A stretch of DNA of 64,000 nt. Origin: an uncultured Nitrososphaerota archaeon (GTDB taxonomy: Archaea; Korarchaeota; Korarchaeia; Korarchaeales; Korarchaeaceae). A model generated the notes under the pieces. That model searched no databases and was not told the DNA's origin. It saw nothing but the letters and a program-made list of their open reading frames with translations. A program made the position numbers and the translations under genes. The stretch covers positions 64,001 through 128,000 of the forward strand of contig CAZUBM010000001.1 in NCBI GenBank assembly GCA_964618805.1, in the 5' to 3' direction. Each line of letters begins with the position of its first letter. Positions within the stretch are counted from its first letter, which is position 1. Below are positions 29,005 to 38,655 of the stretch, piece after piece.

Positions 29005-29528
29005 ATGTCAAGGGTCGAAAATTCGATGGAACTTGAGGAGAGAAGAAACCTGGTTTTGGTCATCCTTTCTATAGTAGTTGCTGGGCCCATTGCTTTGGGC
29101 TTTTTAACGGATTTTAAGGTAATTGCGGGCAATGACCAGCTTCCATAGAACTTTTCCCTGAGATCGTTGTGGATACTGTAACTTTGTTCTATGAGCTAAA
29201 AGACCAAGGTTTGGGGGCGTTAGGGGTAGAATTCTTCTACAGTCAGGATAACGAAACATGGGAGAGAATGAAGCCGATAGCGAGAGAAGATCACATATTC
29301 TACCAGATGAAAGCCGCTTATTCCCCGCTATATGTAAAAGCTAGAGTAGTAGATGCTGCTGGAAATGAAGCAAATGCCTTCTGGAAGCTTGAAATTCCTT
29401 CGCTTGCAGAAACCCCCGGAGTAACGCCTCAACCTCAGCCTGCCAAGGAAATCCCTCTGATCATACCTATACTCTTAGCGGTTGTGGCAGGAGCCCTTCT
29501 AGCAGTCATTATGATGAGAAAGAAATAA
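29005..29528 (+). pseudogene. Internally deleted paralog of the surface metallophosphoesterases (signal peptide plus C-terminal anchor domain only)
   Basis: The signal-like ORF 29005/29026-29148 is joined out of frame to PASIELFPEIVVDTVTLFYELKDQGLG..FFYSQDNETW..VDAAGNEA, which matches the C-terminus of 4860-6704. Confidence 0.7.
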
Positions 29529-29572
29529 GTCTAACTTGAGAAACTGGATAAAGCAAGAGGAGGAGGCTTAAC

Positions 29573-30598
29573 TTAATCTAAATCTAAACCAAGGACTTCT
29601 TCTCCTTTATTTTTCATGAAAGCCTTTTCTACCCTTCTTTTCAATAATATTAGCCCTAATATGGCTGCTATAGCTACTAACGACATGCCAGTCGTGTTAT
29701 CTGGCCTGTTCTTGTCCATTTCTTGTAGAAAAGCCAGAAATATGAGGAATGATAGAGCTCCTGCGGCTAAAGATAGCTTTTGTTGGTTAGAATCTCTCCA
29801 ATCAAACCTCATTAAGTATGAGGCAACTCCGAAGGACAACAAAGCTCCAAGCAGGGCTACAGAGAATGGATCTTTGACTACTTGTGGTAATGCCATGAAT
29901 GTAAGGAAGAAAGCTACGCTCCAAGCAAGACCTATAACAAAGTAAAAAGCTGGTCTTTTAAGCTCTTGAACGCCCCTCCTTCCGCAGTCTTCAGGCATAT
30001 TCTTGGCAATGTAGATCAGTGCTGCTGTTAGAGCAATTGACGAAAAATATTGAGCTGGAGGAGGTCTGTATGGAGTTAAGAAAAGGAAGCCGAAGAGAAC
30101 AACTGCTCCTAGGATGATCAAAAGGCAATTAAAGGTTTTCTTGCTCGTCCAGGGATCGTTTTTTCTAGTGGGGAAGGCAAGTTCCACAAGCAGGACAGGA
30201 ATAGCAACGCTAAATATGGCATGATAAATGGTTAGCATCTCTGCCCAAATCCAATTAATCCCCAGCCACCTTCCAAACTGACCTAGGATGCCTAAATCGG
30301 GCCACTTCGGATCAAAGAAGCTTTTTACCATAATTCCCTCCTCTATTACCCCATAAGCAGCTCCTAGCAGGATAAGTGAGCAGATTGACTTCTTCCACCT
30401 CACCACAAGCTCCCTCATAATTAAACAGCCGCTTCCATACAAGAAGACTATTAACAAGAATCCAAAGGGGTTAAAGAACTCTGCAGGGGGAGCTGAGCCA
30501 GAAAGCAATTCAGCTATTGCAGGTGATAGGAAGAAGAGTATTAAAGCAGGTTTTCTATTACCCTTAAGGAAATTCATATTCTTCAACCATGAAAGCAT
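29573..30598 (-). CDS. Conserved hypothetical multi-pass membrane protein
   Basis: LSPAIAELLSGS, LYG.G.L..RE, AYGVIEEG...KSFF; about 10 TMs. Confidence 0.75.
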   Translation of the reverse strand: MLSWLKNMNFLKGNRKPALILFFLSPAIAELLSGSAPPAEFFNPFGFLLIVFLYGSGCLIMRELVVRWKKSICSLILLGAAYGVIEEGIMVKSFFDPKWPDLGILGQFGRWLGINWIWAEMLTIYHAIFSVAIPVLLVELAFPTRKNDPWTSKKTFNCLLIILGAVVLFGFLFLTPYRPPPAQYFSSIALTAALIYIAKNMPEDCGRRGVQELKRPAFYFVIGLAWSVAFFLTFMALPQVVKDPFSVALLGALLSFGVASYLMRFDWRDSNQQKLSLAAGALSFLIFLAFLQEMDKNRPDNTTGMSLVAIAAILGLILLKRRVEKAFMKNKGEEVLGLDLD

Positions 30599-30632
30599 GG
30601 TGCTAAAGAAATCTAAAAATAGATGTTCACTG

Positions 30633-31172
30633 CTACCCCTCCTCCTTTCTAGCCTTCTTCAGCACCTCTTCTATGTACTTAGTTTTGAGTTCTGTATATT
30701 TTGAACCATCTGGACCCGCTTCTATGCTCCATTGCTTTTTGAGCTCGTAATACCTTTTGGCTTCCTCAGGATGTTTTCTAAGATAGTCCCGGAAGAGTAT
30801 TTTGTCTCTGTGTTCCTTGCTTCCAAAATAAGTTATGTGGATGTGAATGTGAAGTTCTTTTCCTTGATACTCAAATGGGCCAGAGACAAAAAGCCTTTCT
30901 GGAGGGCTTCCTCCCTGAGGATTGTATCTAAAGCCCTTAGATTCTAATATTTCAACTATTCTCTTCATGTTTTCCTTCCTTGTTATTATTAGCGTGTCTA
31001 TGACACCTTTTCCGCCCAGACCCGGAACAGCCGTACTTCCTATGTGTTCAACCTCAATCTCACAAGGAATTGAATCAAAAATAAACTGTTTAATCTCTTC
31101 AAATATTTCAGGAGCTTTGCCATCGTATGGCAGTATCCTTACGGCTAGATCTCGTTTTTCGGTCATTTTCAT
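30633..31172 (-). CDS. GrpB-family (nucleotidyltransferase-fold) protein
   Basis: EHIGSTAVPGL.GK.VID, HIHI, FRDYLR.HP, Y...K, YT..KT. Confidence 0.9.
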   Translation of the reverse strand: MKMTEKRDLAVRILPYDGKAPEIFEEIKQFIFDSIPCEIEVEHIGSTAVPGLGGKGVIDTLIITRKENMKRIVEILESKGFRYNPQGGSPPERLFVSGPFEYQGKELHIHIHITYFGSKEHRDKILFRDYLRKHPEEAKRYYELKKQWSIEAGPDGSKYTELKTKYIEEVLKKARKEEG

Positions 31173-31435
31173 TTACCTAATTTGATCAGTTTCCATAAGC
31201 ATTTACCTGGATTTTCTCCATAACTATGTTGCATCCATCAATAAGAATTCTTCCTCCTTAACTTTCATACATTATGCAAAGTACAAGTATCTTAGGAGTT
31301 GAGAGAAAAGGACTTAGCAACTTCTAGCTATGATAAATGGGAATTTCAAAATACGTGATAGTGTAGGTGCGCGCGTTGCTATTAATCCTACAAATCTAGA
31401 TTAGGCTAGACTTGTAAAAAACGAATTGCAAAATA

Positions 31436-31451
31436 TTATAAGATATTATAA
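31436..31451. promoter_or_regulatory. Near-palindromic operator/TATA element upstream of the RHH gene
   Basis: ttataagatattataa; a homologous perfect palindrome sits at 36317-36332 upstream of a paralog remnant. Confidence 0.5.
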
Positions 31452-31466
31452 GAACTAACCTCCCAG

Positions 31467-31793
31467 ATGAAGACAAAGCCAAAGTACAAGAGCGTAGCCA
31501 TTCCGCTAGGGCTCTGGGAGAGGATAAGTGAGGTAGTTAAGAGGACAGGACTTTATAATAACGAGGCTGAGTTCATAAGAGAGGCGGTTCGAGAGAAATT
31601 AGAGGAGATTGAAGTAGTAGAGCCCGTAGACCTTAGCGACGAGGAGATATACGAGAGAGTTTTATCTTTTATCAGTGAGAGAGAAAGGACGTATCCATCC
31701 GACATCTGTATAGAACTTGGAATCCCTTACTTCAAGGTTCTCGAAGTCCTAGAGAAACTGGTGGAAAAGGGAATTGTTGAGCCCGAGGTGTAG
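31467..31793 (+). CDS. Ribbon-helix-helix plus winged-helix protein (CopG-like regulator/antitoxin)
   Basis: YKSVAIP..LWERI..VV...LY.N.AEFIREAVREKL; C-terminal YPSDIC.ELGI....V.EVL.KL..KG. Confidence 0.8.
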   Translation: MKTKPKYKSVAIPLGLWERISEVVKRTGLYNNEAEFIREAVREKLEEIEVVEPVDLSDEEIYERVLSFISERERTYPSDICIELGIPYFKVLEVLEKLVEKGIVEPEV

Positions 31794-31796
31794 AAG

Positions 31797-32130
31797 TTGA
31801 TCGGAAGGAATCCAGGGGACAGAGTAGAGGGAAGAGTCATAGTAGCTATTTACAGGAAAAGAGGCAAAGAGTTCCTCGTTCCATTAATTAAAACTCACAG
31901 AGGAAAGATGTGCAAGCTCTATGATTGTACTTGCGTTGTGGAAGTCCCATTTAGGCTTAAAGAGACGTAACATGCTGAATTAAAAATAAGATATAGGTGC
32001 GTGAAACTTTGATTTCACGCACCTATTGATCTATCGAATCGAATATAAGAGATCCTTAATTTCGCTCAGAAGCTCAGTAATGAGTATGATGAAAAACAGA
32101 TCATGGCCGTCTGGAAGGTGGAAGAATAGG
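31797..32130 (+). pseudogene. Disrupted partner gene downstream of the RHH gene
   Basis: TTG 3 nt after the RHH stop, 57 codons to TAA at 31970, then an inverted repeat and further coding-like text (EILNFAQKLSNEYDEKQIMAVWKVEE). Confidence 0.35.
31993..32026. repeat. Perfect 14-bp inverted repeat
   Basis: ataggtgcgtgaaa-ctttga-tttcacgcacctat. Confidence 0.85.
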
Positions 32131-32323
32131 GTTTACAGGAAGTCCCAAAGATTTCAAGGGTTTTGTTGAAGAACTTACCAGAAAGATAGAAGAAATAAGA
32201 CGACTATCTCTGTTGTTAGAGTTACCCTTTCTTCTTGACCTAGATTTTTGATCCTTCTACAATCATAAAATGATTTAGCGATAAATACCAAAGCAACGAT
32301 CATAAAGAATAGCACCATCTCAA

Positions 32324-32392
32324 GCTTCTTGATTGTTGTCTCGAGCTGTGAGACCCTCTTGGATTCGGATCCACAGCTCCGAATTTAATAAA
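32324..32392 (+). repeat. 69-bp structured direct repeat, copy 1
   Basis: gcttcttgattgttgtctcgagctgtgagaccctcttggattcggatccacagctccgaatttaataaa, identical to 36393-36461. Confidence 0.92.
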
Positions 32393-33099
32393 ACCTTTAC
32401 TGGTTCGATATTCTCCACCTTCCAAATCGCGGTACGATAGGAAGAAATGTAAGGTAAAATTCCTTAGTCTGGTGGCTTCTAAGTAAAAAAATACTCGGAA
32501 GCCTTCTACTGGTGCTAGCTGTGTCCTCCTTCCCTTATGAAGATTCTTTTATTCTCCACATGGGTAGGAATAATTTTGAACCTTAAAAAGCAAGTTGCAG
32601 ATTTTTCTATCCCAATTCTTAGAGATTATGATAGAACAAGCTCTTTGAGTATTTCCTCTGCTTTTCTTTTTTGTGTATAATGAATAGATGGGATAAGTTC
32701 TTGTGTCTAGTTATCTTGGCGATTGTTTGATTGCTAAGCCTCTTTTAATTGCTGCCCAAGAGATAAAAGCATATCTAAGCGAGTGTTTTCAAGTGTTACG
32801 ACGAGATTGCTTAAAGACTCGCATCTTGTGCACCTAAGTTGTTTTATTCTGCATTTCGCTCTCTCAGCTTCAATTAGATTGAAAATACCTCTTAGAAAAT
32901 GATAATACAGTCTTGTATTGCTAGCATCAAGTAGATAATATAGTTCTTTATCGGTCTAAGGATAAAAACATTAAATAATCTCTCTCAATCAAATTAATCA
33001 GATGCTTCTTTAATTCTCAGTCTTGCATTAGAAAAGAGGAACTTTAACTAAAGGAATTAAAGTATAAATTCTACAAATATTGACTAATGTAGTTAAAAA

Positions 33100-33642
33100 T
33101 CATCCCTCAGGATACATCTCCAAAGTTACCTTTGCCACTTTCACCCCTAGCTGAGTTAAGTAGTACTTCCCTTCCTCCTCAGCCAACCACCCCTTCTTTA
33201 TCATGTCCTCTATTGTCTCATCCTTCTTAAGCTTCCTTCCCTTCTCGGGACTAGTGGCATCCATCTCAAGGAGTCTAGCTAACAATAAGTCCTTCTCGTC
33301 TGGCTCTGGAAAGAAGCGTTCTCTCAAATACTTCAATTTCTCCTCCCTGCTCATTCCATACAATCTCTTCCTAACTCCTATCTTCCATTCCCTACCTTCT
33401 TTCCAAACATCAACAACTATTCCCTTTTCCTCCAGCCCCTTCTGTACATTACTGATAAGCAACACAGCTTTCAATATTGTAGACCAGCTAGCTGCCACTC
33501 CCATCTTTCTCAGGTCATTTGGCGTTACTACAACACCCTCTGGAAGCTTCTCCAAGACTAGAGGAACGACCTCGCTAAGAGACTTCCTCTCTCCCAGAAC
33601 CTTCCTATGCATATTTCTACACCAACTGCAGATAGTAACCAT
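33100..33642 (-). CDS. Hypothetical protein with C-terminal winged helix
   Basis: Purine-rich coding bias; C-terminal MIKKGWL..EEGKYYLTQLG.KVA. Real start is probably the ATG near 33612. Confidence 0.65.
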   Translation of the reverse strand: MVTICSWCRNMHRKVLGERKSLSEVVPLVLEKLPEGVVVTPNDLRKMGVAASWSTILKAVLLISNVQKGLEEKGIVVDVWKEGREWKIGVRKRLYGMSREEKLKYLRERFFPEPDEKDLLLARLLEMDATSPEKGRKLKKDETIEDMIKKGWLAEEEGKYYLTQLGVKVAKVTLEMYPEG

Positions 33643-33747
33643 TAAAGAACCAATCTCTGACTACTTACACCCTTCTCCTTACCCTCACTATCTTACAAAA
33701 CTAAAAGAATATTTAAATATAGCCAAATTTAATTTCATAATTGTAAA

Positions 33748-34017
33748 ATGATGGACCTTAAAGACTATGAGCTTGAAGTTCTCAAAAGGATGCTAAACGA
33801 GGGATTCATATTAAATAGTTATACTTCTATAGAAAATATTGAAAGCAAAATAAAATGGAAAGAGATTGCCCGTAAGTATAAGGTTAGAAGGGGATTCAAA
33901 CGAGTAGCAAGAAGCTTAGTCAAAAAAGGATATTTAACAGACCGCGGTAAGAGCACAGCAGTCTTATCTCTTACAAAAGATGGTGTAAAAGTGGCTTTAG
34001 CTCTTTTAGAAGATTAA
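33748..34017 (+). CDS. Small winged-helix-like hypothetical protein
   Basis: SLVKKGYL...SLTKDG.KVA wHTH-like C-terminus; divergent from 33100-33642. Confidence 0.6.
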   Translation: MMDLKDYELEVLKRMLNEGFILNSYTSIENIESKIKWKEIARKYKVRRGFKRVARSLVKKGYLTDRGKSTAVLSLTKDGVKVALALLED

Positions 34018-34442
34018 TTGCATTCTATAAATTGGCTACGCCACCCATAAAAATTGAATGCCTTTTTAAAATAATTGCACTTTTTTACATAATATTATTA
34101 TTAAATAATTTTCTTTATCTCCACTTAATTATTATTTACAATAATAAGAATTGATTTTCTAGAGCAAAATCCCTCAAAAATAAGAGTTTCTGTCAAAAGG
34201 GATTCTTGGCTAAAAAGCTTAGGTGTGCTAAGGGAACTTGTTAGGAGATTTAAGAATTAGCTGAGAGAGATTTAGCACGCGCTAAACCTCTTATATACTC
34301 TTAAATCACCTTGAGGGTTTTCCTGTCTCTACGGACTTTATCAAAAGTACTCGGAAGGAGCGGAAAGCTCCTTTTATATGTTTACTTCATAAGGTTCTTC
34401 TCTTGCTTACATACTGGAAGTCTCTACATTGCATTTATCATT

Positions 34443-36062
34443 CTAATACGCTTCAGTTAGTGAGGAAATTGGGTGCCACTTATGCTCATCCACATCGATT
34501 CTAACATCCAAGGGCTCGATCCTTTTATCTGGATTAAATCCATGCTTGATTCCCCACTTTCTTAAGTGCTCGACAACTAAGCGTGCTCCGAATCTTGCTA
34601 GCGGATAAAGGGGTAGCAGGAACGGATTTCCCTTCATAACCATCGGCAGACTTTTCACTACTTCTCTATAGAGATGCCTCCAAGCATAATAGAGGTGCAG
34701 GAACTGGCCTTCAGTTATCATCTCCTCAACATTAAAGAATTCCTTATCTTTAAGCAAGCCCATGGGGACAAATGCTAATGGAGTTACTGTGAAGTGTGCC
34801 CTATTGCCAAGCTTCTTTTCAAGCTCTTTTTTCATTGTGAGGATTAGCTGAGCAGTCATTATCTCGTCTTCCTCAGTCTCTCCAGGGAGACCTAAGATAG
34901 TTGTGTAAGCTGGGAACCAGTAGTTCTTGTTGAGGACGTAAGTGCCGTTTAACACAACCCACGGCCACTCCTCTGGCGAGAAGGGTTTCACCTTGTTGGT
35001 CATGTACATTCCGATTAGCCTCGGCGAGGCAGTCTCAAGGCCCACTTGGATTCCGACCCAGTGCCTCTTGTTTGCTCCTACAATTCTTGATATCTCCTTG
35101 ATCATTCCTGGGTTTGCTAAAGCTCCAGCAATCGAGCCGTGAGTCGGATTAACGTTTTTCGTATACTTGACGGCCATCTCAAAGAGCTCTATCACAGCTT
35201 CAGCATTTGGATAAAAGTTCTTCTTATCATCGACCTTGTACAGGAAGATGTCCTCGCTGTGGAGCCATGCATGATCTATGCCCGCCGTGACGTTCAGCTT
35301 TATCTCCTCTTCAATTTTCTCAAGGGGAATGTAGCGGACCACTCTTAAGTTTGGCTCGCAGAAGCGGCATCCTCTCCCGCATCCACGCATTACTTCAACA
35401 AGGCCTTTATATGAGGGTGCGACTATGGTCGGAATTTCATCAGCTCTTGGGCAGTTTTTAATGTATATCGTTTCATCAGCATTGCCACCCTCTATGTCTC
35501 TGAAGACATCTCCGGCAACATGATCTGCTTCCCCAATAATTATATGGTCAATCTTGAGCTTTTCTCTTTCTTCCTTCCTAAAGTCAACCTGCCACGCCCC
35601 TGGACCTCCAACGATGAGCTTAAACTTGTAGCCTTTTCTCTCCCTAAGGGCATTTATCTTCTCAACTAGCTGGAAGAACTTAAACTTCGTATAGCTTGTC
35701 CAATTCCCACCGTTTGTAAATATCATACTCACCGGAGCTAAGCCCATAGGATCCATCTCGGAAAGTGCTACTATTGTTGTCTTCTCATCTATGAACTGCC
35801 CTATCTTCCTTGGGTGAGCAACTACGACTTCCTCCCTCTTGAATCCTTGAGCAAGCAGTGCAGCTTCTATTTTCCTTAGTCCATAGGGTGCTACCGTTAA
35901 GATTCCGTTGTTGTCTGGAATTTGAGAATCAAGAATTCTAAAAACCCAGCTTGGCACTTTGTCGAAGGGAGCACAGCCGAAAAAATCCAATAAAGGAACA
36001 TCGTGATAAGTGCTTGTCAACGTCTCATCAGTGCTTAGCACAATCCTTGCCATCACTATCAC
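34443..36062 (-). CDS. Radical SAM protein with B12-binding-like N-terminal domain (COG1032-like)
   Basis: APYGLRKIEAAL, IVGGPGAWQ, GEAD, VEVMRGCGRGCRFC, GLET, ILGLPGET. Confidence 0.88.
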   Translation of the reverse strand: MIVMARIVLSTDETLTSTYHDVPLLDFFGCAPFDKVPSWVFRILDSQIPDNNGILTVAPYGLRKIEAALLAQGFKREEVVVAHPRKIGQFIDEKTTIVALSEMDPMGLAPVSMIFTNGGNWTSYTKFKFFQLVEKINALRERKGYKFKLIVGGPGAWQVDFRKEEREKLKIDHIIIGEADHVAGDVFRDIEGGNADETIYIKNCPRADEIPTIVAPSYKGLVEVMRGCGRGCRFCEPNLRVVRYIPLEKIEEEIKLNVTAGIDHAWLHSEDIFLYKVDDKKNFYPNAEAVIELFEMAVKYTKNVNPTHGSIAGALANPGMIKEISRIVGANKRHWVGIQVGLETASPRLIGMYMTNKVKPFSPEEWPWVVLNGTYVLNKNYWFPAYTTILGLPGETEEDEIMTAQLILTMKKELEKKLGNRAHFTVTPLAFVPMGLLKDKEFFNVEEMITEGQFLHLYYAWRHLYREVVKSLPMVMKGNPFLLPLYPLARFGARLVVEHLRKWGIKHGFNPDKRIEPLDVRIDVDEHKWHPISSLTEAY

Positions 36063-36309
36063 TTCTCATGTAAAAGCAAGGGCATCAAGGAAAATTTTAA
36101 GGCTTCTCTAAGTTTTTCCTTATTTGTTTCTTCAGAACTTTTTAAATAAAATTTCTAACGGAATGCTCTGAAAAACTATTTTGGTAATAAGCGACGTTAC
36201 CGTAAAATCTCCATTCGCCATGTGCCCTATCTCACCTTTAAATGCTGCTAAGATTATTTTGTAACAAAATAGAGTGTGTCAAAGCATTATCAAAGAATAG
36301 ACCTCGTTG

Positions 36310-36495
36310 CGAAATATTATAACATGTTATAAGAGATAATCCCGATGAGGGCAGAAGCAAGGTATAAGAGCGTAGCAATCCTGCTAGCGCGCGCTTCTTG
36401 ATTGTTGTCTCGAGCTGTGAGACCCTCTTGGATTCGGATCCACAGCTCCGAATTTAATAAAGGAAATAGGGGGATTATTCTAAGCCCGAGGTATG
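36310..36495 (+). pseudogene. Remnant paralog of the RHH/wHTH gene with its centre replaced by the 69-bp repeat
   Basis: ATG 36345 MRAEARYKSVAILL matches MKTKPKYKSVAIPL; after the repeat, agcccgaggt matches the 3' end of 31467-31793; promoter palindrome ttataacatgttataa. Confidence 0.7.
36393..36461 (+). repeat. 69-bp structured direct repeat, copy 2
   Basis: Identical to 32324-32392. Confidence 0.92.
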
Positions 36496-36566
36496 GAATT
36501 GAGGATCTGCAAAATCCAACAGGCCAGCCCTAACAAGCTCAGATGAATGAATGCTTAGACTATGCA

Positions 36567-36986
36567 TCAAACAACTCTTTTTATCCCAGGAAATCTGTCA
36601 AAATCCCTATCAAACGAGTAAATCTCATTTATTTTCTGCTTCTGCATTATAATGTATGCTAAGGCGTCATTTACCCCCACATCAAATTCCTTAGCTACCT
36701 CCAAAGAATTTAGGTAATCTTCTCCGCTCACGCTCAACACCTTAATGTTCTCCTTCAGGAGGATTGCTTCTTCAATCTCTAGAGCCTCTTTTAAAGGCAT
36801 TCTATCCTCTAGAATGTTTGCTATCTCGCTGAAGTGAGAAGTTGACATTAATACCTCTTCCCCTTCGTTAACGAGCCTGATTATCTCCTTTGCCCGCTTC
36901 TTTATCGCTAACTCATGTTCCCTAAGCTTTCTCTTTGTTTTTAGGAAAGCATGTATGAAGACGCTTGCGTCTATGAACCTAGTCAA
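36567..36986 (-). CDS. vapC: VapC PIN-domain toxin
   Basis: FIDASVF, SEI, NDAL, IYSFDRDFD. Confidence 0.92.
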   Translation of the reverse strand: MTRFIDASVFIHAFLKTKRKLREHELAIKKRAKEIIRLVNEGEEVLMSTSHFSEIANILEDRMPLKEALEIEEAILLKENIKVLSVSGEDYLNSLEVAKEFDVGVNDALAYIIMQKQKINEIYSFDRDFDRFPGIKRVV

Positions 36987-37224
36987 CCTTTCTCAACTCC
37001 TTCCTCACCTTATGCCAATCCGAGAGGTCGCTTTTGATATCAACTTCTATAACATCAAAAAATTTGGTTAGATCTAATGGCTTCTCTGGCCTAATCTCTA
37101 TAACTTCTCCCCTTATCTTCATCAAGATCCTTGGTTTTTTGAGATATTTCTTCCTCCAACTTTTTGGAATTACTATCCTCCCCTGCTTATCTACCTCTTT
37201 AATAACCACTTCCATATTTTTCAT
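36979..37224 (-). CDS. vapB: AbrB/MazE-type antitoxin (VapB)
   Basis: VDKQGRIVIPKSWR; overlaps vapC by 8 nt. Confidence 0.88.
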   Translation of the reverse strand: MKNMEVVIKEVDKQGRIVIPKSWRKKYLKKPRILMKIRGEVIEIRPEKPLDLTKFFDVIEVDIKSDLSDWHKVRKELRKVD

Positions 37225-37880
37225 CCTAAAAGAAAAATAATTCCATAAAAATTAAATTTTACCATTTTTATATCTCATTACCAAACTTATTGCTTAGCTT
37301 CGTTGAAATGGACCCACAAAATCCTGTTAACATATTTTCATTACTACGCGGCTCATATGCATCTCAGTCGTAGTAATAGTTGAGTTTTAATGGATTTATC
37401 ATGAAAAGAGGCAAGGTGTCCAAGTACTAAAGCTAAATGCTACTAGAAGATTTTTCCACCTCTTTTCTTTCTAAGTGCCTTTTCATTACTGTATGGAGCG
37501 CCGCGCGCGGTATGTTGGATAAATCCTATTATTAAAAACAGCTTTGTGAAAAATAGTTTGAATCAACAAGACTCTAAGACTCACAAGAAAAATTCGCTTT
37601 TATCATAAGTATTTTTGCTCTAATATTTACGGCTTGGAACCCAATAAAAGAAAATCTAATTCCCTGGATTAAAGCAATTGGTGAGACTGATTATCACGTT
37701 GAGTCTTTTGAATTCACTTTGAAGTTTAGGATAGATCTTCCCCTAAACATATCTCTATAACATATTTTGGAGACTATGTTAACCTTCCTTCAGAAGTTAA
37801 TCTTGGAAAATCATTTAAAGTCAAGTGCAGGTCAAGAAATTTAGGATGAAAGAGCTGAAACTGAAATCCCTATTCTAAAT

Positions 37881-38174
37881 ATGCCCCAATTTCGTGGGCT
37901 AAATTTAATAATGTGGGTCCATAATTTTCGTGAAATGTCCTACGTAGTCCTCGTAGACTCAAAGGGAAGAGTAACGCTTCCAAGGGATGTGAGGAGGAGC
38001 TTGGGGGTAAAACCTGGAGATAGATTTAGGATCACTGTGGTTGGAAGTAGGATAGTCCTAGAGAAGGCTGAAGACCCGTTTGAGGTCCTCAACAGGATCT
38101 TGAAGGATGTAAGGTTCGACAGGAAGGCAAGGGAAAAGGCGGAGGAGGAGAGGAGGAGATTTCAATGGCTCTAA
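37881..38174 (+). CDS. AbrB/MazE-type antitoxin
   Basis: VDSKGRVTLPRDVRRSLGVKPGD; likely start ATG about 37935. Confidence 0.85.
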   Translation: MPQFRGLNLIMWVHNFREMSYVVLVDSKGRVTLPRDVRRSLGVKPGDRFRITVVGSRIVLEKAEDPFEVLNRILKDVRFDRKAREKAEEERRRFQWL

Positions 38175-38401
38175 AGGCGATAGAGGACATTATAAGGGGA
38201 TATACGAAACCCTACTTCCTCAAGCTAACTTTTAGCCACTCCTCCTTAGCTGCAGAACTCAGGAAGAGGCATGGCCTAACCTTCTTCGACTCCCTTCATG
38301 CATCAGTAGCTCTTCTTGAAAACCTGACCTACGTTGGAAATGACGATAGGGTGAGAAAGGCGGTTGAGCTGGAAGGAGGTAAGGCAAGGCCCCTCAGGTA
38401 A
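38165..38401 (+). pseudogene. N-terminally truncated PIN toxin
   Basis: Only the C-terminal half is present (AAELRKRHGLTFFDSLHA..GND); the first PIN Asp strand is missing. Confidence 0.7.
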
Positions 38402-38457
38402 TGTAACTTATACAACGGGCTGACATCGATGAGACTGTGTACTCACGCAGCCCATAA

Positions 38458-38655
38458 GTTTCACTTGAGAGGTTCTCAAATGGTCCAGTTAGGATAATGG
38501 CTTTGAGGTCGGATGAGCATCTAAAGGCAATGGGACGTGCCCCTCTAGCTCAGGTATTCGTGGACCTTTGGAATATACCAACCTGGTATGCTAGAGAGTT
38601 TATGCTGGCGGTAAGGGATAAGATAGATGGAATTCTGGCAGAATTGGGCTACTGA
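38458..38655 (+). pseudogene. C-terminal remnant of an AbiEi-like (type IV TA) antitoxin
   Basis: APLAQVFVDLWNIPTWYAREF; overlaps the nucleotidyltransferase start; no N-terminal HTH. Confidence 0.55.

Noticed and set aside
30633-31172. GrpB protein as part of the CoA salvage locus
   Set aside because: It is 4 kb away on the opposite strand and lacks a dephospho-CoA kinase domain.
32324-32392. 69-bp repeat as a tRNA fragment/att site or CRISPR repeat
   Set aside because: No cloverleaf or canonical T-loop, no integrase in the window, and only two copies 4 kb apart.
33203-33751. 182-aa plus-strand ORF and similar long antisense ORFs (e.g. 25497-26120, 57337-57903)
   Set aside because: They are Ser/Phe/Pro-rich antisense shadows of better-supported genes.
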